Part shown: positions 37,501-48,206 of the stretch, piece after piece
Layout: each line of letters opens with the position of its first letter
Position numbering within the stretch: position 1 is the stretch's first letter
Origin: Takakia lepidozioides
Lineage: Eukaryota; Plantae; Bryophyta
Length of the DNA stretch: 64,000 nucleotides
Direction: 5' to 3'
Assembly: GCA_030704615.1 (NCBI GenBank)
Contig: CM060732.1
Span: 12,958,001-13,022,000, forward strand
Position numbers and translations under genes: made by a program
Notes under the pieces: generated by a model
Database searches by the model: none
Told to the model about the DNA's origin: nothing
What the model saw: only the letters and a program-made list of their open reading frames with translations

Positions 37501-40500
37501 TTTGGTATCAGAGCATAGGTTAGTGGTGGTTGGAGCCTTGGAGGATGGAAGATCCAGAAGATGAGGCACCAGAGAATTCAGGGGGTGAGGCACCAGGAAT
37601 CAGACCTGAATTCAGTCTGCCCCCACCATTGTTGTTTCAACAAGTTCACCAGGAATTTGTGAGGGTTTATGCTGAAATGCAGCGAATCTGCCAAGCTATA
37701 GGGCTCGAAAGACAAGCTGGTCAGGCAGAACCAGTGGGTCGTCGACCTGTGATGAAGGATTTCAATCCACCTCAGTATACAGGCACAGAGTCAGTCCACA
37801 CGGTGGATGCAGTAGAGCAATGGCTCTCTAAAATAGAGCAGTGCCTCCAAATGTGTGGTCATGAGTCAGATGAAGCCAAGATTTCAAATGCCGTCATCTA
37901 TCTATTTGATGGGGCACATAGATGGTGGAGGAAGTTAGGGGCTGATGCTAGACTTCCTGTCACTTGGGCTGATTTCCGTAGGACGTTTGAGTTTTAATTT
38001 CGTACCACCAGATGAGGAGGGTCGGAACATTCAGGCTTGGAGGGCCTTAAAACAAGGTGCGTTTAGTGTTCAAACGCATGCTGACAAGTATCGAGAGCAT
38101 ACTTTGAAGTTGCCTCGAGAAGCTGTGAATGAGCAGGTTCAGGTGACCTTCTTTGTGCAAGGTTTGAGAGATGATATCAGGCCTGATGTATAGAAAGCTA
38201 GGTGTGGGACCTTACAAGAAGCTATAGAGTTAGCACTGATGTATGAAGATGGGCGAAAGGGAAATCGACAAGGTCTGTCAGTGTCCAATGAGGACGGTAG
38301 TAAACCCTCTAGACAAGAGGGTACCAATCAGGCCAAGGTTGGGTTTAAGAGAAAAGAATCCCCTATGGCTGAGAGGGCGTTTCAAAGATCAACCCTAACA
38401 CCGGAGCAAAAAGAGAAGGCCAAGCTCGAAGGTCTTTGTTTTGGGTGTTTAGGGAAGCACCAATGGAAGGATTGCCCACAAAATCACAAGAGGATAGCTA
38501 CCATGCAAGTTGATGAGGTAGCAGAAACGCAAACAGTAAGCCCTCAAGCTATGAGTGGTATCCGTAAGCCTTGTTTGGTAAGCATGAAGAAGACAGTGGT
38601 AGGAGCTGCCGATTGTTTTCTATCGCAGGAAGCAAGTCTGGGATATCAATTCGATTCTGCTCATCTTGTGAAGATGATCGGAGAAGTGGTTGGAGAAAAG
38701 GTCATTGTCTTATTTAACACAGGTTCAACACATAATGTGATCAGTTCTCGGATGGTTAAGAAACTCCATCTTCCCATGGAACCTTCTCAATACCAATATA
38801 CCGTAGAGATGGCTGATGGGAAAGGAACTGAGATATGGGATAACGGATCCCTAGTCTCCAGTTGACCATTCAAGAGTATTGTGAGAACCTGAGCTTTGAA
38901 ATTACCAAGCTGGCTAGATATGACTTGGTGATAGGCAAAGCATGGCATGCCCAAAAGAAGCCTATCATTGATTTCAACACCCATGTGTATCAGTTCCAGC
39001 ATAATGGTAGGACCATTCTGATTCGGGGGGAAAGATATTTGCCGGATACACCATTAATCACAGCCATGAAACTGCACCAAAAAGGTTGTAAGTATCTAAA
39101 CCTATGTTTTTTGCAAGAGGTGTTAGAAGAGCATACTGATACAACTTCAGAGAGTGCATCATCTAGTCGGGCTCATAGAATTCAGGCTGAATTCTCAGAT
39201 GTGTTCTGTTCTGAGCTACCAAGTATATTACCTCCAAAAAGAAATGTGGAGCATAGGATTGAGTTTATTCCAGGGTCTAGTCCTATGTGTAGACCTCCTT
39301 GTAGGACCAGTTTTAAACAAGAAAAGGTGGTTGAAGGTATCTTAGAGGAGTATTTGAGTTAGGTCATGTTCGACCAAGTTATCCTCCATTTGCTGCTCCA
39401 GTTCTTTTGGTTCCTAAGAAGGATGGATCGTACAGGATGTGTATTGACTACCGAGGATTGAATAAGATTATTGTTAAACACCGTTACCCAATGCCGCGTA
39501 TCGGTGATTTGATGGATGCCTTGCATAGAGCCTCTCTCTTCAGTAAGATTGACTTAAAGAGTGGGTACCATCAAATCAGGATACGAGAAGAGGATGTGTT
39601 TAAAACAGCCTTTCGAACAAGATTTGGTCACTATGAGCTTTTGGTTATGCCATTTGGGTTAACCAATGCTCCAGCAACATTCATGATGCTCATGAATGAT
39701 ATTTTGAGACCTTTCATGGGTAAGTTTGCGGTGGATTTTATTGATGACATTCTTGTCTACAGTAGAACCATTGAGGATCAGGTTGGTCACCTTCATCAAG
39801 TTTTGATTACATTATGAGCAGCTAAATTTTACGCGAATGTAAGCAAGTGTGCTTTATTCAAACTAGAGGTGGAGTATCTTGGGCATATAGTGTCAGTAAA
39901 GGGAGTAAGAATGGATCCCAAGAAGATAGAAGTTATACTCCAATGGCCTAGGCCCCTTGGGGTAACACCTTTGAAATCTTTTTTGGGGTTGGCTGGGTTC
40001 TATCAGACATATGTTGAGAATCACTCAAAGATAGCAACCCCAATGACTAATTTGTTACAAGGTAACAAGGGATTTGATTGGATTGAAGTACAACAAAAAA
40101 GTTTTGATCTAATGAAGCATGCAGTTGCTACTGCACCTGTACTAGCAATTGTAGATCCTCATAAATCTTTTGTAGTGGAAACAGATGCAAGTGGCATAGC
40201 AATTGGTGTTGTTCTCAGTCAAGAGGGTAGCCCAATCGCTTTTGAAAGTAGGAAACTGAATCCAGCTCAACGACGGTATCCACTCATGAGCAAGAGTTAC
40301 ATGCGATAATCTATGCTTTAAAGGTGTGGAGGCATTATCTGTATGGGGCACTATTCACAATTTATACGGATCACAAGACCCTTACTTATTTGTGTAACCA
40401 GCCTGATCTCTCGGGACGTCAAGCTAGATGGTCAAAATTGATGCAGGAATTTCACATGGAAATTCTATATAGGAAAGATAAGGAGAATGTGGTCGTTGAT

Positions 40501-42057
40501 GCACTATCTCGGATTATGTATCAGATGAGTGTTACCGTAATACAAAGCACTCTTATTGCTGAAATAAGAGTAGCCCAAGACAAGGATGAGTATATCTAGG
40601 CAGTGTGGCAGAAGGTTAACCAAAGTACTAATGCACAAAAAGAGAATTTGGTTCAGCCAAAGTCCACGGCAGAAATTCAGACGTATGCATCATATAGCAT
40701 TGAAGGCGGGGTGCTGAAACGAAATGGGAAGATCTATGTGCCTAATCTCCAAGAGCTTCGTAAGAAGGTTCTTAGAGAATGTCATGATAGCCCTAGTGCG
40801 GGGCACCCTGGGGTTGAGAAAACCTATGAGCTAGTAAGACGGCAATTTTGGTGGCCTAAGCTCAAGACAAGTGCATACGAGTATGTGATACATTGTTCCA
40901 CATGTCAAGTTACTAAAGCAGATTGCCGAAAATCTCCAAGATTTTTGCATCCTTTGGAAATTCCACAAGATAGGTGGGAGAGCATTTCTATGGATTTTAT
41001 CACTGACTTGCCTAAAACACAGAGGGGGAAAGATGCAGTTCTGGTGGTGGTGGACAGATTCTCTAAAATGGCACATTTTATTCCTACCAAGAAGATGGTC
41101 GAAGCACCTGAGGTAGCAGAATTGTTCATTAAGAATATCTATCGGTTACATGGATTGGCCAAGTCCATAGTGTCGGACAGAGATCCTAGATTTACAAGTC
41201 ATTTTTGGACAGCGGTTTTCCAAATTCTGGAAACCCAGTTGAGCATGAGTAGTGGAGATCATCCACAAAGTGATGGACAGACTTAGCAGGTCAACCAAGT
41301 GTTAGAGGATATGTTGAGATCCTATGTGGGTGAGAGACAAAAGTATTTGCCATTGTTGGAGTTTGCCTACAATGACAAGAAACATTCTTCTACAGGAGTA
41401 AGTCCATTCGAGCTACTATATGGATATAGACCAGCCAGCCCAATTACTATTGGTATTTCAAAAAGTGATGTACCAAGTGCAAAGGAGTTTGTAACTTAGA
41501 TGCAAGAATGGCTAGCAAGTGCAAGACTAAATATTCGCAAAGCCTTAGACAAGGCAAAGACATATGCGGATAAGAAACGCACATTCAGAGAGTTTGAGGA
41601 AGGGGATAAAGTGTTTCTTTTGATCCCACCTTCAGCCGCAACCCTTAAGGAAGGGAAGAGCAAAAGGAAGAGCTGCAAAAAGTTATCCCCTAGATATTAT
41701 GGACCTTGGCTAATTGTGAAACGAATCAATGATGTGGCATACAAACTAGAGCTTCCAGTTTTATGCAAGATATATCCAGTTTTTTACGTTAGTAAGCTCA
41801 AGAAGTACTTGCACAATGGAGATAATTTAGTGGAAGGCACCAAACTTCTAAAAGAGGTTAACAATGATGAGCATGGACCATGGCGAATCTTGGAGAGAAG
41901 AGAGCGCAGATTACATCTTTGGCTCATCAAGGAAGTTTTGATTGTTTGGCATTGGCTTCCTCTTACGGATGCTACTTGGGAGTCAGAGGAAACAATCAAG
42001 AAACAGTACCCAGACTTTGTCATTGAGGACAATGACCAATCTTGAAGGGGTAGAGAA

Positions 42058-42445
42058 TGTAACAGACTAGGTTAGTATGCCTAGGTTAGTGGCTAAGCAA
42101 GGCTAAAGACAAAAAGCCATAACAAAAGCTGAAGTGACTTATGGCTAAGTAAGAGAAAGTAACAGCCAGAATGGCAAAGGCCAAGTATTAAGCCTTTGGA
42201 TAGCAAGGGAATATCAAAAGGTATCTTAGAGCAAGGGGGGGAGTTCTTGGGGAGTATTTAGGAGGACCTGGTGTGACACTCTGGAGGAGGACACGGGCCT
42301 GCAGGGCTGAGAACAAAGTAGTCAGTTGGTCTTGGTAAACATTCCTTAGCAAGTGGCAAGTAGAGAACTCTAGGTTGGGTGGTGAACTTGCTTATCCAGT
42401 GTTTATGTGGAGACCCGTTTACTATAATAAGACAGGACTGTAACA
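42058..42445 (+). repeat. 3' LTR (388 bp)
   Basis: TGTAACA...TGTAACA, preceded by the PPT and followed by TSD GGAAG. Confidence 0.92.
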
Positions 42446-42938
42446 GGAAGCCTGTCAAATGTTGCTTTCCGCAGTGGGTATTTGGTGGTTGTAGACTCTT
42501 GGATGGAAAGTTAGCGAAGAAAGCTTTTCTTACAATGTCTGGTGTGTTTGCTGATAGAGAGAATGAACTGAAATGGTACTTCATATATCCGTTGGAAGCT
42601 CAAAGAGGTTATGGGACAAAATGAATTTTATTAATATCCACAGAGCCAAGGCAGTGGATGACGACTTGTATGATATACGTAGGGGCAACAACATTTTCTA
42701 CAAAGAAGGCACAACGGAAGGAGCTATTTGCTGTAGAATATGGCTGATTGGAATCCAATTGCTCCAAATTAAAATGTTGAGAAATTTTGACTACATAGTC
42801 TCATTGGTTGCTTCATGTGATATTGTCTGGGCAACAAGATGGCCAATAAAGAAGTCTGAATTCGAGTGCGCTTACGTCAGTCTTCCCACTTGAAAACTGA
42901 AGGATCGTGTCAAACATTTGTCAATCGTTGGTGTTAAA

Positions 42939-43102
42939 AGTATGACGCCTCCCGAAGGGAGCGTAACTTATGGTGTCACTTGACCCCGAAGGGCTACTGC
43001 CTTCCAGCAGGAAGGTGGACACCTTCATGACACACTAGACGGTGGTTTGAACCCACAACCACATCCAATGTGGTATGTGCCCGGGGCTACATGCTGGTTG
43101 TC
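42939..43102 (-). mobile_element. tRNA-headed SINE with a structured 3' module and T-tract end
   Basis: TSD TTGGTGTTAA(A) at 42928 and 43103. Minus-strand box B GGGTTCAAACC (43044-43054) and a degenerate box A. 3' hairpins with TTCG loops; ends in a T-tract. Confidence 0.75.
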
Positions 43103-43112
43103 TTGGTGTTAA

Positions 43113-44467
43113 CCCTTAAAGGACGAGCTATTTTTTGGGTGGGCCCACTAAAAAAAGGTGCATACCCTTATGGACGAGGGTGTAACTTTTTACCCCCAAT
43201 CATCCATGGGGATGAACCTTATACTTATGTGCATATCTACTAGATCCATGTCCTGTCAAAAACATAGGCAAACGTTGCATTCGGGAGATTATAACAAACT
43301 AATATGCCCCAATTTGTAAATACATTCAAAAATTGCATGGAAAAAATTATTTGACCACAAAATTGAAGTATCGAGTTGAATCGAACTTAATGGATGAGTG
43401 TGATCTGACAGTACTTTTGCTGGCTCCGGCGACATGGGCTCCTCCGACCGGGGCCCCTGTCAAATCCTCCCCACCCCCTTTTACCTCGGTTTCACTATTT
43501 AAATACTTATGAATCCGAATGGGTTACAAGTTGTGGTGGGTAGCGTGATGGTAAGGTGATAGCAATGGAGGCGGCGAGGTTCTGCATTCAATTCTTAATG
43601 GTAGGCTTTGGCAGTGTAACCTTGGTTGATGTAACCCTCCACTTGGTGTAACCCTCTAAAACCCCGATTTCTGGTTGGGCCATTTTATACTTAACCACAT
43701 TTGGACTTAGTCAAATTTCGAGACCAAGTGTGGGTTACACCAACTGGAGTACACTCCATTCTGTGTAACCCCGAGTGGAGTTACACACCTCGTCGTGTAA
43801 CCCGATGTAACCCTGACTGGAGTTGTCACTCTTTCAGTTCCATGTAACTCTCGAGAGAGGGTGGGGAAGATTTGACATGCCGGAAACCGGCGTACCATCC
43901 TGTCAGATGGTGCCATCCATGCACATGTGTATTAAGTTCTTACGTTATGCCTATTATCTTCCCCAAGAAAATCAGACCAAAATTCCAAAAATTCAGTTTG
44001 AGCTTCCTTTCTTGAATTTTGTGATGGATATCAAGTTACATCTGGACATGACATAGGTATGGTATGCTGCTTTGTATGTGAAATCTGGGGGGTAAATTAT
44101 CTTGTTTTGGCTACTTTCCCAATTACACCCATGAGGTGACATTTGTTTTCCAATTCCTCTGGTAAGTAAGTGCACAGTAACATTTCATGGTGCCTTGTCC
44201 AAATTTTTTGGCATTATGACAAAAAATTTCAGCCCTAGATGTTATCTTGAAGATTGCCCATTTGGCTGCCACGTAGGCAGGTCAATGGTGCTCTAACAGT
44301 GGATTTCCTGGAACCACTTTGCAAAATTCTAGGGAGCAGAGCTTTTATGATTTTGGGCACTGTAAATTCTCACATGTGCTCCTCTCTGACATCTACAATT
44401 CATCTTCAAGGTTCACTTCCATCCACTATCATCCATGGGAACTGGAGCGTGGCAAATCCTTTAGGGG
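43113..44467. mobile_element. TTAA-flanked non-autonomous DNA transposon, piggyBac-like
   Basis: TTAA|CCCTTAAAGGA ... TCCTTTAGGGG|TTAA (TIR match 10/11). Terminal motif is repeated at 43165-43178. Removing the element restores an 11-bp TSD of the adjacent SINE. Confidence 0.7.
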
Positions 44468-44837
44468 TTAAACCACTTTTATTAAAAAAGATAGAAATAA
44501 AATAAAAATAAAATCCTGTATGCCTTTTAAAAAACTATCCCAGTCACTTTGCCTGGTAATTCCTTAAATAAACTTTTTTACTTTTACTTTTCCAAGGAAA
44601 CACCAGCCCCAGCAACTTGGCCTAATAAACCAGCTAATAAACCACCTTTTGGGGCAATGAAGGCAAACAGGGGCAGCGCTCCACAGTGATTTTTTTTCTG
44701 GGGAAAAAAATCGCCAGATTTTGACCTCAGAAATAGTTTTTCTACCTTTACAAAGAAAGTAAGGGGAAAAAAGGCATTTTCCCCCAAAATTCGGACATAG
44801 CAAGGGGGGTTTTAGGTAGGCAGTAGCCATCTTACTA

Positions 44838-45302
44838 CAGTCTACCCTCCATAAATGTTCCCTCCATATCTGTTATCTTTTCGTTACTCCCATACATCTT
44901 ACAAAGCATGCTTCAAGCATCCTCAATAAAGCTCTCCAGGGCTTCCTCCCCTTTCTCCTTAATTTGGAAGTCACAAAAAAAACAAGTGTTATGTGTTATG
45001 ATGTCTTTTGCTCCATCCTTTACTAAATGACTTTTATTGTTCATTTTTCAAATGCATATACGTATGGATGTATAACAAAACTTGGTCTAAAGCCATGAGA
45101 TATATCAATTAAATTTGTCAGTTCTTTAATTTTACTTAACAGGGGATCATTCAAACCCTTTAAGTGTTAGATTCTGGTTCTGTGTAAGTGTTCCTTGATT
45201 TGTGGAAGTTTCTTATTCTATATATAATATGATGCTAAATATCTATATGTGTTACATTTTGTCTTGTACTCCCCGGGTGTAACATATATAGAGGGTAGAC
45301 TG
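44838..45302. mobile_element. Tc1/mariner-type MITE
   Basis: TIRs CAGTCTACCCTCCATAAATGTT / AACATATATAGAGGGTAGACTG (20/22). Flanked by TA on the left and CA on the right (one TA mutated). Confidence 0.75.
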
Positions 45303-45989
45303 CAGAGCTTATAATGGACTCTCCGCTCACTTCATTAATATCCTGAATCTTACTTCCTCTATTCTTTAGTAGACCCATCCCTTGCATTAAAGAGGTTAGT
45401 TCGTTAGTTCCCCTTGGATGCCTAACTATTACTTACATGCTTAATATTGAAGGAGTTGTTACTAAAGTAAAAGTCATATAAGATAATTACCTTGAGAATG
45501 GGATTTACTGGATATTTTTCAGGCCATTGATCTTGATAGTCGTGATAAAAATTGGTTAGATTTTTACTCAAAACTACAAAATTATCTACTATTATTTACC
45601 AAATGTTTAACCTCAGTGATCTATAGGCCTCAAGGACAATGTGGAGCCTACTTGGCTCCCACATCCTGTCATAACATACGTTAGCGTCTCCTGAATTTCC
45701 CTTTCATCTACATAAAAGAAGTGTCTTGTCTCTAATTACTAAGTAGGAGAATGCATTGTCACGATCATTGGTTGCATTGTAAACAAGACCATAAGCTCAA
45801 CAATTTTGACATGTCACCAGATTTGGCTATTTTCAAGGTGATGTAGCCAGTCAATGCTGCAACCACATGATTTTGTCTTGCCATACGAGCATCTTGTTGC
45901 AAATTGAAGTCACCGCTTGGGCTACCCAGCTAATTTGGAAATTGAAAGAACTTTGCTCCCACTAGGTGTTTCCTTTTCAAGAGAAAATC

Positions 45990-46395
45990 AACACCCAAAA
46001 AAAAAATGCTTGCAGAGATAGTAGGATTGCACGCCTTCACGGCCCACTAAGAGGTTATTTTTTCCTCTTGTATCTCATTATTCTCCTTTAATAAATTCCA
46101 GGGCATCAGCCTCTGTTCTGTTTAAAAAAAAGAAAAAAAAAAGGATTGCAAAGCTGACAAAATTGAGTATAAATGTCTGTATTTCACATGATTATAAAGC
46201 AATCACAGGTCCCCTATTCGCCGTCGGATGGAAGCTTTGATGCAATAGGGATGGGATTGGTAAGATGACTTGTGATATCATAGGTACCTATGATTGCTTC
46301 AGACACAATATTATGATGAAATACAGACATTCCGTTTCTACTCAATTTTGTCAGCTTTGCTACACTTTTTCTGCAAGAACTTTTTTGTTTTTTTT
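45990..46395. mobile_element. Foldback/MITE-like element with long imperfect inverted arms, interrupted by a SINE fragment
   Basis: GCAAAGCTGACAAAATTGAGTA...AATGTCTGTATTTCA pairs with TGAAATACAGACATT...TACTCAATTTTGTCAGCTTTGC. Boundaries approximate. Confidence 0.6.
46032..46141 (+). mobile_element. 5'-truncated poly(A)-tailed retroposon (SINE fragment)
   Basis: 9-bp TSD AGGATTGCA (46023-46031, 46142-46150) and A-rich tail. Shares GAGGTTATTTT with the SINE at 21312. Confidence 0.75.
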
Positions 46396-48206
46396 TAAAG
46401 AGAAACAGGGAGGCACTGTAGAATGTAAACTCCCATTCACTTGCATAAAAGACAGGAATGGATTCGGATATATGTGTAGAATTTGGAGCGAATAATAATC
46501 CAATCCTATCTCTTATGAGTCATTAAGTACAACTACATTCTGAAGAAGGCCTGAAGGATAAACATCAACTATGGATGACCAAAACAGTCGGATTGACCCC
46601 TAATATTTTTTTGTGGTGGGGGGACAGCTCCACCTGGGCAGACAGCTAGAGAGTAATATATATCAAGTTTTATGGATTTTTCTAGATCCCTAACATTTAT
46701 CACAGTGGCACAGCCTGCCCAGTGTGTCAGAGCATGCATTTTCCCCACCACATCTCTCTTCTCCCACCACCACATCTCTCTTCATATCTCATGATTCATC
46801 AGTGATCCCTTTGGTGGAATTGGGCGCTTGGAAATTAATTGTGGGTGATGTGGAGTGCATGCTGTGGTGTGTGTTTATTGTCTGTGGACAAAAAGCTTAG
46901 AAAAGTCTGAAAGAAAGTTCAGTGGCAGCCTCTTTGAGCTATCATGCCATGGTGGCAGTGAATTAATACAAACTGCATGTCCAGTGTGTGTTTATACGTC
47001 TATTCTATAACACTCGCCTTTACGCCTCAATGTACACGTTGCTGCCAGGCTTCATTATTGTGGACCATGCAGCGTACCTACTTGGATGGGGAGGAATCAG
47101 TCAGTGCGTCCCGTCTGACAAAACCCATGACAGAAGCTTCAAACTTTTTGCAACGAGATTAGGTAGCAGAGCAAGTGCTCGTGCGCGAGCTGACTGCCTT
47201 GCCTAGACTAGTTATTAGAAGTCCCATGCTATATTATTCATACTTTTGAGACTGGCAGAGTCATCTCTTCAGGAGTTCTGATTTCTGGGATATACCGTAT
47301 GGGGAGTTTGTCCGTTTTAGCTGACAGCCAGTTGGCATTTCAGAACCACGCATGTCGATGCGGTTGCCATTGCAGGCCATGGACTCATCATCGTGCGTAT
47401 TATAATCGTGTATACCGATCATGGTCAAACAAACAATGCTTGACACAGCAAATGCAGACTTCTCTTCTTTTTTTTTCTTTTTATATAGACTTCTGAGTAT
47501 GATTCTGCTTAATCGTGATCTCGTGGCTGTGTCTTGCATCACTTTGGCGCGCAATATCAGCAATATAAAACAGGTCTTCCATCTCGGAGAAGTGCACCTC
47601 CGACTGACGTTGAGATGAAACTTTGGAAACAACAGGACTGAACGACTGAAAGAGTCACTGTGGGCACTGGGCACTAGGTGCAGCACCTGGAACAGACGTT
47701 GCAACTTACCACTCTATTCATCTCAGGACATCCAATGATGTCCATGTACAAACTTTCTCTACATATGGCCTTGGAATTAAGTCAGCTCTTGAAGGCGCAG
47801 TGACTGTAATTGGCAACGACACCAACCGTTAGGCGGCTTAAAATGAATGAATTTGGGTGTTACAGTTAAGAATAAGACTAGAATCAACTCACACATGTGG
47901 CTAGCCGACACGTACAGTGGGTGTCTTAAAGTAGTTGCAAGCTCATGTGCCTTCTATCACGTGAAGGCATTTGCCTCAAATCCACGCAGTCTGTAACAGC
48001 TATTTCAGTGTAGTGTGAGAAGCAGTACCTACGAACTACTGCTTCGGTCTCCGGTTTTTATGCCGTGAGTCGGCTGCCGAGTAAAGCGATTCAGACACCA
48101 TCAAGGCCAGGCTGCATTCGATCACCAGCTACCCAGGGAATAACTCGCTTTGATCCAATCTATTGAGATCGGGGAACGTCCACCTCTTGGATCCTTTTGC
48201 TGGGTT

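Larger units (their letters stand above)
37289..42445 (+). mobile_element. Full-length decayed Ty3/gypsy LTR retrotransposon (chromovirus)
   Basis: 5-bp TSD GGAAG (37284-37288, 42446-42450). LTRs 37289-37500 and 42058-42445. PBS TGGTATCAGAGC (tRNA-iMet) after the 5' LTR and PPT before 42058. Gag zinc knuckle, protease LFNTGSTHN, RT (FIDDILVYS), RNase H (ETDASG), integrase (MDFITDLP, SDRDPRF) and chromodomain (DATWE). Many stops and frameshifts. Confidence 0.97.

Noticed and set aside
47045-47056. CCAGGCTTCATT, a partial miR166 match
   Set aside because: Only 12 nt, with no hairpin.
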